Assembly (NCBI GenBank): GCA_964460805.1
Contig: CAYWPU010000004.1
Coordinates: forward strand, 1-45,742
Direction of reading: 5' to 3'
From: an uncultured Candidatus Saccharibacteria bacterium
GTDB taxonomy: Bacteria; Patescibacteriota; Minisyncoccia; Phycocordibacterales; JACOZG01
DNA length: 45,742 bases
The notes beneath the pieces are model-generated. The model saw nothing but the letters and a program-made list of their open reading frames with translations. It searched no databases and had not been told where the DNA came from. Every line of letters starts with the position of its first letter. Within the stretch, counting starts at the first letter, position 1. This document shows positions 9,979 to 17,724 of the stretch, in pieces. The position numbers and the translations under genes are program-made.

Positions 9979-11295
9979 ATGAAAGAATTGTTTGTGAGTG
10001 ACCTCCTTCACATGTGTGAGGCCGAGGTGGTTCTGTCTGGTTGGGTCTGTGCCAAGCGACATCAAGGGAAGATACTTTTCCTTGATGTCTGTGATAGTAC
10101 AGGAAAAATCCAGGTGGTCGTTGCCAAAAGCAACGTTTCACCCGAGAGGTTCAAGCTGGCCAGGCATTTGTCCGTCGAGTCTGGTATCACCGTTAAAGGT
10201 GTCATCACTTGTTCCTCGAGTGGGCAGCGAGAGATTGTGGTAGATGACATCACCTTAGTTGGTGACGTCACTAAAGATTTTTCTCCTCACCCGAGAGGGA
10301 ATATCGACATCTTCAACGAGTCGCTGATTCCTCACTTGCTCAACAATCGTCACATCTATCTGAGAAATCCGAAGGTGATGGCAATTCTTCAGTTCCGCGA
10401 CTGCTTGATGTATCACATGAGACAGTGGTTCTATAGCAACCACTTCACCTCAATTGATGCACCAATATTGACTCCGGTGCCCCTTTACGATGATGGGACA
10501 GCAATGTCCATCAACGTCCACACTGAAAAGATATTCTTGACCCAGTGTGTGGGGTACTATCTCGAAGCGGCAGTTCATGCTTTTGAGAAGGTATTCAACA
10601 TTGGTCCAAGTTTTCGTGGCGAAGAGTCGCGCAGTAAGCGACACCTCATGGAATACTGGCACATCAAGGCTGAGGTAGCTTGGGCTAATCTTGACGATAT
10701 CATTAAGTCGGTCGAGAGTGTCATCAGCTACCTTACCGAGAAGTGTCAAGAGGAAACGACCAACATGCTTTCAGTTCTGGGTACCACACTGTGCACTGAC
10801 GGGCTAACTGTCCCGTTTCCTCGGATCAGCTACGAAGAGGCGATAAAAAGTCTCAACAAAACAGGAATGATGGCGGAGTTTGGCAAGAGCTTAGGATCAG
10901 AGGAAGAAGCTGAACTCTCCAAATTATTCCCTGGTACACCCTTCTGGATCACCGGCATCCCAAGGTCTATCGAGCCGTTTCCCTACGTAATCGATCATAA
11001 GGACACTAGGATTACTCGTGTTGCCGATCTTATTGCGAGTAACGGCTACGGAGAGTTGCTTGGCACTGCCGAGAAAATCTCTGATCTTCAGATGCTCGAT
11101 GAGAGCATGAAAGACAAAGGCAAGGGTGGTGATCCTCGTTTCGAATTCGTTCGAGAAATCCATCAAGTCGGTTGCGTTCCACACGCCGCGTTTGGAATGG
11201 GAGTCGAGCGCCTGATTCGTTGGATGCTCAACATCCCTCATGTGAGGGATGCCATTCCGTTTCCGAGAATCTTCAAGCGGAAGATTGCTCCGTAA
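9979..11295 (+). CDS. asnS: class IIb aminoacyl-tRNA synthetase, asparaginyl-tRNA synthetase-like
   Basis: N-terminal OB domain. Motif 2 is FRGEESRSKRHLMEYWHIKAEVAW and motif 3 is GMGVERLIRWM...VRDAIPFPR. AAAGGAGG lies before ATG 9979. Confidence 0.6.
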   Translation: MKELFVSDLLHMCEAEVVLSGWVCAKRHQGKILFLDVCDSTGKIQVVVAKSNVSPERFKLARHLSVESGITVKGVITCSSSGQREIVVDDITLVGDVTKDFSPHPRGNIDIFNESLIPHLLNNRHIYLRNPKVMAILQFRDCLMYHMRQWFYSNHFTSIDAPILTPVPLYDDGTAMSINVHTEKIFLTQCVGYYLEAAVHAFEKVFNIGPSFRGEESRSKRHLMEYWHIKAEVAWANLDDIIKSVESVISYLTEKCQEETTNMLSVLGTTLCTDGLTVPFPRISYEEAIKSLNKTGMMAEFGKSLGSEEEAELSKLFPGTPFWITGIPRSIEPFPYVIDHKDTRITRVADLIASNGYGELLGTAEKISDLQMLDESMKDKGKGGDPRFEFVREIHQVGCVPHAAFGMGVERLIRWMLNIPHVRDAIPFPRIFKRKIAP

Positions 11296-11318
11296 CTTAG
11301 AAACAAAAGGAGAAAAAA

Positions 11319-12623
11319 ATGAGTCGTACACTGACCAAGCATCTGTCAACCATGGTCGGTCAAAAGGTGCAAGTCGCGGGCTTCGCACATTTTGTCCGCG
11401 ACCAGAAGCGCATGCAGTTTGTGGTTCTTCGGGACCACACTGGCATGGTTCAACTCTTTCACGAAAAAGGGGGTGAGGACGACGCTCTTAAGGTAGTCAT
11501 CTCTTCCTTGACCCAGGAATCGGCGTTTGTGGCTTCCGGCACTGTCACCTCTAATCCAAGCGTCAAGCTCGGTGGAATTGAGGTTGTTCTCGAAAATCTG
11601 CAGGTTGTTGGTCTGGCAGAATCACCGCTTCCAATCGCCGAGGATTCAGTGCTCGACCTTCAGCTTGACTGGAGAGCACTCAGTATCCGAAGGCCGGAGA
11701 ATGCCCTTATCTTCCGAGTGCAGACAACGTTGGAGCAAGGTATGCGGGAATACTGGGATCAGCAAGAGTTCTTAGAGATCCATTCGCCCAAGCTCATGGG
11801 CACGGCGAGTGAATCTGGTGCTGAGCTCTTTCAGCTCGAGTACTTCGGTACGAAGGCCTCACTTGCACAATCGCCCCAGTTCTATAAACAGATGGCGATG
11901 GCAGCGGGACTCGACCGTATTTTCGAGATTGGCCCCGTATTCCGGGCAAATCCCTCGTTTACGTCTCGACACGATACCGAGTTCACCTCCATTGACGTCG
12001 AAATCTCATGGGTCCGATCCCATGAGGATGTCATGCAGTTTGAGGAGGCCTGGCTTCAGCACGCAATCCGCAAAGTCGCCGAAGTCCACGGAGCGGAAAT
12101 CAGGCAGCGGTTCGGCGTCGATGTCGTCGTTCCTAAGCTTCCGTTCCCGCGTATCACATTAGCTGAAGCTCGTCGTATTCTGTCCGATCGTGGTCATACG
12201 ATTGAGCACAAAACCGATCTGGACCCACCTGGTGAGCGCGGTATTGCCGATTACATTCGGGAGCAGTTTGGTCACGAGTTCGTTTTCGTGACCGACTATC
12301 CGATTGAGGTGAGACCATTCTACCACCGGCGACACGAGAGTAATCCGACACTGACTAAGAGCTTTGACCTTCTATGGAAGGGGCTCGAGATCACGACCGG
12401 CGCGCAGCGTGAGCATCGCGTGGATGTTCTCACCAAGCAAGCCTTGGAGAAACAGATTCCGCTTGAGTCGATCAAACACTACGTCGATTTCTTCCGTTAC
12501 GGCTGTCCGCCGCACGGTGGCTTCGGTGTTGGGTTGACCAGACTCTTGATGATTCTGCTCGACCGCAAAAACGTTCGTGAGGTTACTTACTTGTACCGTG
12601 GTCCAAACCGTCTGACTCCGTAA
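11319..12623 (+). CDS. aspS: aspartyl-tRNA synthetase, archaeal/eukaryal type
   Basis: OB domain, FRANPSFTSRHDTEFTSIDVEISW, PPHGGFGVGLTRLLM and a C-terminal ...NRLTP. AAAGGAG SD. Confidence 0.7.
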   Translation: MSRTLTKHLSTMVGQKVQVAGFAHFVRDQKRMQFVVLRDHTGMVQLFHEKGGEDDALKVVISSLTQESAFVASGTVTSNPSVKLGGIEVVLENLQVVGLAESPLPIAEDSVLDLQLDWRALSIRRPENALIFRVQTTLEQGMREYWDQQEFLEIHSPKLMGTASESGAELFQLEYFGTKASLAQSPQFYKQMAMAAGLDRIFEIGPVFRANPSFTSRHDTEFTSIDVEISWVRSHEDVMQFEEAWLQHAIRKVAEVHGAEIRQRFGVDVVVPKLPFPRITLAEARRILSDRGHTIEHKTDLDPPGERGIADYIREQFGHEFVFVTDYPIEVRPFYHRRHESNPTLTKSFDLLWKGLEITTGAQREHRVDVLTKQALEKQIPLESIKHYVDFFRYGCPPHGGFGVGLTRLLMILLDRKNVREVTYLYRGPNRLTP

Positions 12624-12647
12624 AAAGAGTAATGGCGGAACAAAATG

Positions 12648-12682
12648 GCGGCTGAGGGATTCTACTCCTCAGCCGCTTTTTT
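12648..12682 (+). terminator. rho-independent terminator of the aaRS operon
   Basis: gcggctgagg/cctcagccgc stem followed by T6. Confidence 0.85.
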
Positions 12683-12735
12683 CTGCGGGTCAACAACGAA
12701 CTTCCGTGATGTACGAGCTTTAAATAAGATCAGCC

Positions 12736-12789
12736 AGAGCGGCGGTATCGTAAACCGCAGGTCCCCGGTTCAAGCCCGGGAGGTGGCTC
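12736..12789 (+). pseudogene. truncated tRNA-Thr(CGT) copy (positions about 21-73 only); right copy of the direct repeat, attR-like
   Basis: 54/54 identical to 8929-8982. It lacks the acceptor 5' strand and the D-arm 5' half. Confidence 0.85.
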
Positions 12790-12830
12790 AATAATCCGAC
12801 TTTTGTCGGAAATATCAAAGATGGTGTGGG

Positions 12831-12893
12831 CGGCTCTGATTTCCCGCGCGCATTCCTCCCCAAACCCCTCCTGCGCGCGGGAAATCAGAGCCG
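12831..12893. repeat. hairpin A: 21-bp perfect inverted repeat with a 21-nt C-rich loop
   Basis: cggctctgatttcccgcgcgc (12831-12851) pairs with gcgcgcgggaaatcagagccg (12873-12893). The loop attcctccccaaacccctcct carries two CCTCC. Confidence 0.9.
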
Positions 12894-12894
12894 A

Positions 12895-12942
12895 GGTGTT
12901 GCGAAATCCTTTTCCTCCCTAAAAAATAGTTTTCGCAAAACC
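12895..12942. repeat. hairpin B: 12-bp stem (1 mismatch) with a 24-nt loop containing CCTCC
   Basis: ggtgttgcgaaa pairs with tttcgcaaaacc. The loop is tccttttcctccctaaaaaatagt. Confidence 0.75.
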
Positions 12943-12955
12943 GAGTCCGCATTGT

Positions 12956-13108
12956 AGTCCCGCCGCCCGCCCGAATCGTTGAGGGCAGAAACCCACAGAA
13001 AAATGTTCTCATCCTTATTAGAAGAAAAAAAACGAGCTCGCGCAAAATCAAAAAAGTGGAGAACATTTTTCTGTGGGGCACGCGAGCGGAGCGAGTGGCG
13101 GCGGGACT
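12956..13108. repeat. hairpin C: nested structure with a 12-bp outer stem and a 19-bp perfect inner stem
   Basis: Outer stem agtcccgccgcc (12956-12967) pairs with ggcggcgggact (13097-13108). Inner stem cccacagaaaaatgttctc (12992-13010) pairs with gagaacatttttctgtggg (13059-13077). The terminal loop is 48 nt. The internal loop is asymmetric, 24 nt against 19 nt. Confidence 0.85.
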
Positions 13109-13185
13109 TCCGAAAGTCAGGAATTTTTGATAAAGTGAGTTCGAGCAGAGTCGTAAAGACACCGATTTCTTTCTCCTCCTATCTG

Positions 13186-13194
13186 TGCTATATT
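13186..13194 (+). promoter_or_regulatory. extended -10 promoter TGcTATATT
   Basis: Same motif class as the promoters of core genes in this window. Predicted TSS is near 13201. Confidence 0.5.
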
Positions 13195-13200
13195 TGATTC

Positions 13201-13480
13201 TGGTGTTTAGAAACTTTTTCCGATGGTCACTAGGCAGGCGGCCTGAGTTTTGAGCCATCGCGCTCAACAGTCCGGGGATGGCAGGATTAGCTACCCTGTC
13301 GGCGGACTCCAGCTGGAATCTGACGGATAGCGGTGAAATGCAACGACCCGTCTGATTGTTCGCCTCCGGTTCGCGGCTCTGCCAGAGCACCATGGTGGCA
13401 CGCCTCGCTTCAATTGCGAGTAAGGGAACTGTTTCGGGACCTGGGGATAGAGCATCAGCTCACCCCAGGTTTTATTTTTG
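13201..13480 (+). ncRNA. unclassified structured RNA of about 280 nt, or a prfB leader, running from promoter to terminator (contains a 16-codon UGA-terminated mini-ORF at 13203-13253)
   Basis: Bounded by TGcTATATT and an intrinsic terminator. Several local helices are visible: 13221-26/13255-60, 13270-74/13303-07, 13323-27/13348-52 and ctcgc/gcgag near 13404-13420. No credible protein ORF. Confidence 0.4.
13440..13480 (+). terminator. rho-independent terminator immediately upstream of the prfB promoter
   Basis: cctgggg (13440-13446) pairs with ccccagg (13463-13469), plus an inner gagc/gctc pairing. It is followed by ttttatttttg. Confidence 0.8.
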
Positions 13481-13519
13481 TTATAATACCCAAAATTAAT
13501 GCTAGATTGTTGATTATTG

Positions 13520-14377
13520 ATGTCTAAAGAGGAGATTAATAAGCAAATAGAGCAATTAGAAGCCGAGATGCAGTCGGCTGATTTCTGGTCTGATAAGAAT
13601 CGCGCGCAGGAGGTGATCAGAGAAGTGCAGAGACTGAAAGATGAACTCTTGGGTGGGGAAAAGTATGACAAATATAACGCAATAATCACTATTTTCTCTG
13701 GCGCTGGTGGGGACGATGCGGAAGACTTCTCGGCGATGCTCTTGCGGATGTACTATAAGTGGTCGGAGAAGCGCGGCTTCACTACTGCGCTGATCCACGA
13801 GAACGAGAACGATCACGGCGGTTATCGGAATATCACCTTCCTTGTGCAAGGGAGCGGCGCGTATGGTATATTAAAAGGCGAGTCGGGCGTGCACCGGCTC
13901 GTGCGCGTTTCCCCCTTCAACCAGAAGCAAGCACGGCACACCTCTTTCTCTCTAGTAGAGGTGGTGCCGGAGTTGCCGAGAGACGCGGAGATCAAGATTG
14001 CTCCAGATGACTTGAAAATTGAGTTCTCTCGCGCTGGCGGCCCGGGCGGGCAGAACGTGAATAAGCGCGAGACGGCCGTGCGCGTGGTGCACCTGCCCAC
14101 GGGGCTAGCCGCGCACTCGGCGCAAGAGCGCTCGCAAGAGCGCAACCGCGAGCGGGCGCTGGATATCTTGAAGGCGAAGCTCTATAAGAAACAAGAACAA
14201 GATAGAGCCGCGCGCGAGGCAGGACTCCACGTGAGCGAGAGCACCGAGATAGAGTGGGGCCATCAGATCAGATCTTACGTGCTCCATCCTTATAAATTAG
14301 TGAAAGATCATCGCACGGGTGTGGAGACATCCAAAGTGGAAGAAGTGCTGGAAGGCGAAATAGATTTATTTTTATAA
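13520..14377 (+). CDS. prfB: peptide chain release factor 2 (short form, uninterrupted ORF)
   Basis: SPF tripeptide (RVSPFN), GGQ (GPGGQNVNK) and [17 protein letters not shown] 13520 lies 11 nt after TGcTAGATT; the ORF track uses TTG 13517. Confidence 0.9.
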   Translation: MSKEEINKQIEQLEAEMQSADFWSDKNRAQEVIREVQRLKDELLGGEKYDKYNAIITIFSGAGGDDAEDFSAMLLRMYYKWSEKRGFTTALIHENENDHGGYRNITFLVQGSGAYGILKGESGVHRLVRVSPFNQKQARHTSFSLVEVVPELPRDAEIKIAPDDLKIEFSRAGGPGGQNVNKRETAVRVVHLPTGLAAHSAQERSQERNRERALDILKAKLYKKQEQDRAAREAGLHVSESTEIEWGHQIRSYVLHPYKLVKDHRTGVETSKVEEVLEGEIDLFL

Positions 14378-15057
14378 TGATTTACTTTGATCAAGTCAGC
14401 AAGATTTATCCCGATAATTCTATTGGCCTAGCAGAGGCAAGTTTTTCCATAGAACCCGGGCAATTTGTCTCTGTTGTGGGTCACTCTGGCGCGGGCAAGA
14501 GCACTCTGCTCAAGATGATCTTGGCTGAAGAGCGGCCGACTTCCGGCAAAGTTTTTTTTAACTCTACCGATATCCATAGCTTGCCGGCGCGCGAGGTGCC
14601 AGGACTACGGCGGAGGATTGGCAGTGTGTTTCAAGATTTCCGCCTTTTGCCTAATAAAACCGTTTTTGAGAATATCGCTTTTGTAATGGAAACAGCCGGA
14701 CGGAGCGACGAGGAGATCGCGGCTGACGTGCCGCACGTGCTGGAGCTGGTGGGCCTGGGTCACAAGATCTGGGCCTTTCCTCGCGAGCTCTCCAGCGGTG
14801 AGCGTCAGCGCGTGGCCATTGCGCGGGCGATTGTGAACCAGCCAGAATTACTTCTGGCCGACGAGCCGACTGGCAATCTGGATCCAATCAACACCTTTGA
14901 GATCATTGAGATTATGCGTAAAATTAACGATATCGGCACCACAGTGATCATGACCACGCACAATAAGGGCGTGATTGATAACTTGGGTAAGCGCGTGATC
15001 ACGCTGGAGAATGGTAAGATTACTCGCGATGATAAAGCTGGTAAATATGTTTTGTAA
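14377..15057 (+). CDS. ftsE: cell-division ABC transporter ATP-binding protein FtsE
   Basis: Walker A GHSGAGKST, signature LSSGERQR, Walker B LLLADEPT. Its ATG overlaps the prfB stop (TAATG). It is followed by ftsX. Confidence 0.85.
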   Translation: MIYFDQVSKIYPDNSIGLAEASFSIEPGQFVSVVGHSGAGKSTLLKMILAEERPTSGKVFFNSTDIHSLPAREVPGLRRRIGSVFQDFRLLPNKTVFENIAFVMETAGRSDEEIAADVPHVLELVGLGHKIWAFPRELSSGERQRVAIARAIVNQPELLLADEPTGNLDPINTFEIIEIMRKINDIGTTVIMTTHNKGVIDNLGKRVITLENGKITRDDKAGKYVL

Positions 15058-15078
15058 AAATAATTTTTCACTTTTACT

Positions 15079-15993
15079 ATGGTCTTAAGTACAAAATTGC
15101 GTCGGGTTGCTTGGTCGGGCTTTCTCAACTTTTGCCGCTCGCCGATAGTCTCTCTTGCTTCAGTGATCACGCTCACGGTCACGCTCTTTGTGATCGGCGG
15201 CTTGGTGCTGAGCAACGCCTTCTTCCGCACTGCTATTACTGAGATCCAAAACAAGGTGGATATTAGCGTCTCTTTCCAGCAAGCCGCCAGCGAGGCGCGA
15301 GTGCTGCAGCTCAAGGACTCGCTAGAGCTCTTGCCCGCCGTGCGCGAGGTGATCTATAGCTCACCGGAGGAGGAGCTGGCTGACTTCCGTACCCGCAATG
15401 CCGACAACCAATTAGAATTAGAATTATTGGATGAGCTGGGTAATCCTTTTGGCGCTCGTCTCAATATCCGCGCGGTTGACCCATCGCATTATGAGAGCAT
15501 CACCAAATTTTTAGACAGCGAGGACGTGGCAACCGGCGGCGCGTTGTTAGATAAAATTAGCTTTAAACGCGACATTGTAGATCGTTTAGTTTACTTGGTG
15601 AACACGGCCAAGCGGGTGGGTTTTGTGATCGCGCTCACACTCGTCTTCCTCTCCCTGGTTGTCACTTTCAACACCGTCTCGCTAGCGATCTATATCTCGC
15701 GCGAGGAGATCTCGCTGATGAAGCTGGTTGGCGCCAGCGCTAATTATATCCGCGGCCCCTTTGTGGTTGAGGGCATTATCGCTGGCCTGATCTCCACTCT
15801 GCTCTCTCTCTTGGCGCTCTATCCGGCCACACTCTGGCTACGCAACCTCACCAGCAATGTCTACGGCGGCTTAGATCTGGCCTCTTATTTCTCTGCCAAT
15901 TTTGCTGGTTTGCTCGGACTCCTGCTTGGCTCGGGCATAGTCTTGGGTGTGCTCTCTAGCTACATGGCTACCCGCAGGCATCTCAAGCTCTAG
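15079..15993 (+). CDS. ftsX: cell-division permease-like protein FtsX
   Basis: N-terminal TM segment, a periplasmic domain and a C-terminal 3-TM FtsX-like region. Its position after ftsE fits. Confidence 0.8.
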   Translation: MVLSTKLRRVAWSGFLNFCRSPIVSLASVITLTVTLFVIGGLVLSNAFFRTAITEIQNKVDISVSFQQAASEARVLQLKDSLELLPAVREVIYSSPEEELADFRTRNADNQLELELLDELGNPFGARLNIRAVDPSHYESITKFLDSEDVATGGALLDKISFKRDIVDRLVYLVNTAKRVGFVIALTLVFLSLVVTFNTVSLAIYISREEISLMKLVGASANYIRGPFVVEGIIAGLISTLLSLLALYPATLWLRNLTSNVYGGLDLASYFSANFAGLLGLLLGSGIVLGVLSSYMATRRHLKL

Positions 15994-15999
15994 AGTGAT

Positions 16000-17631
16000 A
16001 TGGCGCGCCACAAGTACATCTTTGTGCTGGGCGGGGTGATGTCGGGAGTCGGCAAGGGTGTAACTACCGCCTCGCTGGGCAAGATCCTCAAGGCGCGCGG
16101 TTTCCTCGTCAATCCGATGAAGATTGACCCGTATCTTAACGTAGATGCCGGTACCATGAACCCGGCCGAACATGGGGAAGTCTTTGTGCTGGAGTCCGGA
16201 CTAGAATGTGATCAGGATATGGGCAATTATGAACGCTTTCTGGATCAATCTATACCGGCCGAGAATTACATGACCTCCGGCATGGTCTATAAGTATGTGA
16301 TTGATAAAGAGCGGGCGCTGGGTTATGGCGGCAAGTGTGTGGATCCGGTCCCGGCAATCTCAGAGGAAATATTAAGAAGAATAAAATTATCTACTGATAA
16401 AACTAAATCAGAGATCACGCTGGTGGAGATCGGCGGCACGGTGGGTGAGTATCAGAATTCTATTTTTATAGAAGCGGCGCGGATCCTCAAGCTCAAGCAT
16501 CCTGAGGATGTTTTATTTGTGTTGGTTAGTTATTTGCCCGTGCCCAGTAAGATCGGCGAGATGAAGACTAAACCCACGCAGTATGCCGTGCGGACGATGA
16601 ACTCTTACGGCGTGCATCCGGATGTGATCATCGCGCGGAGCGATAGGCCGCTGGATAAGAAGCGTAAGGAGAAGATTGCGATGTCGGCCAACGTGGCGGC
16701 GGATAATATCATCTCGGCGCCGGACGTGGAGAGCATCTACGATATACCACTTAACTTTGAGGCTGATGGTTTATCTGACACGGTGCTTAAGTTGCTCAAG
16801 CTCAAGTCCAAGCGGACAGACATGAAGGATTGGCGCCGCATGGTAGCCCGAGGCAAGAGTGCAAAGAAAATGCTCAAGATCGGTGTGGTTGGGAAATATT
16901 TTAAGACTGGTGAATTTGTGCTCTCGGATGTTTATATTTCAGTCATAGAGTCGCTCCGCCACGCGGCCACGGCGCTGGGTTGCCGGCTGGAACTGAGCTG
17001 GCTGGACTCGGGCGACTATGAGAGCTCGGGCGCCAAGCTAGCCGGGCTCAAGGCTTATGACGGCATCCTGATCCCAGGCGGCTTTGGCGGTCGGGGAGTG
17101 GAGGGCAAGATCCGAGTGATCCGGTATGCGCGCGAGCACAAGATTCCTTTTTTTGGCCTCTGCTACGCCATGCAGTTGGCTGTGATTGAATATGCCCGCC
17201 ATGTGGCGGGATTAAAGAGTGCAAATACTACTGAGGTAGAGCCGGGGGCCAAACAGCCAGTGATAGATGTGATGCCGGAGCAGAAGCGGCACTTGGCCGC
17301 CGGCCGCCTGGGCGGGAGCATGCGCCTGGGCGCTTATCCCGCCTGGCTCAAGCCTGGGACCCTGGCCGCCGCGAGCTACCGGAGCCGGCAGATTAGCGAG
17401 CGGCACCGGCATCGCTACGAGGTTAATCCGGAATATATCGGCCAACTAGAGGCAGCCGGACTCGTCTTCTCTGGCACCAGCCCAGATGGCAAGCTGATGG
17501 AGATCGTGGAGTTGCCCCTGGACCGGCACCCCTTCTTCCTCGCCACGCAGTTCCATCCGGAGTTCCAATCTTCTCCGCTCCGGCCACATCCGCTCTTTGT
17601 CGCCTTCCTCAAGGCTTGCAGGCCGAGCTAG
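16000..17631 (+). CDS. pyrG: CTP synthase
   Basis: N-terminus KYIFVLGGVMSGVGKG. C-terminal glutamine amidotransferase domain (GLCYAMQ, HRHRYEVN, FHPEF). Confidence 0.95.
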   Translation: MARHKYIFVLGGVMSGVGKGVTTASLGKILKARGFLVNPMKIDPYLNVDAGTMNPAEHGEVFVLESGLECDQDMGNYERFLDQSIPAENYMTSGMVYKYVIDKERALGYGGKCVDPVPAISEEILRRIKLSTDKTKSEITLVEIGGTVGEYQNSIFIEAARILKLKHPEDVLFVLVSYLPVPSKIGEMKTKPTQYAVRTMNSYGVHPDVIIARSDRPLDKKRKEKIAMSANVAADNIISAPDVESIYDIPLNFEADGLSDTVLKLLKLKSKRTDMKDWRRMVARGKSAKKMLKIGVVGKYFKTGEFVLSDVYISVIESLRHAATALGCRLELSWLDSGDYESSGAKLAGLKAYDGILIPGGFGGRGVEGKIRVIRYAREHKIPFFGLCYAMQLAVIEYARHVAGLKSANTTEVEPGAKQPVIDVMPEQKRHLAAGRLGGSMRLGAYPAWLKPGTLAAASYRSRQISERHRHRYEVNPEYIGQLEAAGLVFSGTSPDGKLMEIVELPLDRHPFFLATQFHPEFQSSPLRPHPLFVAFLKACRPS

Positions 17632-17724
17632 TTGCCTGGCTAGCCGCTCTTGTGTTATCAATAAGCAGTCCTGTTGTTCTTTTTTGTACACAAACTCAGA
17701 CCCAAATGAGGGTAGAAAGGCAGA

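Larger units (their letters stand above)
8983..12735 (+). mobile_element. tRNA-Thr-anchored genomic island remnant (no integrase present)
   Basis: Bracketed by the 54-bp direct repeat. Composition is mosaic: an AT-rich peptidase gene and intermediate-GC aaRS genes. Its genes use strong SDs, unlike the leaderless neighbours. Confidence 0.5.

Noticed and set aside
8983-12735. Search for an integrase, excisionase or transposase in the tRNA-Thr island
   Set aside because: All six frames are accounted for by the peptidase and two aaRS genes. The 125-bp and 106-bp gaps are too short. The island is therefore called only a remnant.
12979-13197. 72-aa + strand ORF inside hairpin C
   Set aside because: It is highly basic and low in complexity, and it is encoded by the palindrome arms. 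The nearest SD-like GAGGG lies 17 nt from the ATG. It is most likely an artefact of the inverted repeats.
12815-13393. 192-aa minus-strand ORF spanning the ORF-poor gap
   Set aside because: It runs straight through three long palindromes, which keep both strands open. It is Arg/Ser-rich with no domain-like segments and has no SD or promoter. It overlaps the predicted + strand promoter-terminator unit.
12810-13480. Possible RNase P RNA, tmRNA, SRP RNA, T-box or common riboswitch
   Set aside because: I looked by eye for GGAAAGUCCGG/ACAGAAxCCGGCUUA (RNase P). I also looked for a GGGG...UCGAC 5' end with a tRNA-like 3' end (tmRNA), GGAAGCAGC (SRP), the B12 box, and FMN, TPP, SAM and glmS cores. 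Only loose resemblances appeared (AGUCCGGGG at 13269; GGUGGCACGC resembling a T-box). None has the partner elements at the right spacing. A covariance-model search is still needed.
13480-13525. Programmed +1 frameshift site of prfB
   Set aside because: The in-frame TGA at 13511-13513 simply closes the frame upstream. The TGA at 13518-13520 would shift into a frame that stops immediately (GAT GTC TAA). There is no CUU UGA context.
13333-13527. 64-aa + strand ORF upstream of prfB
   Set aside because: It reads through the intrinsic terminator and both prfB -10 boxes. It has no SD.
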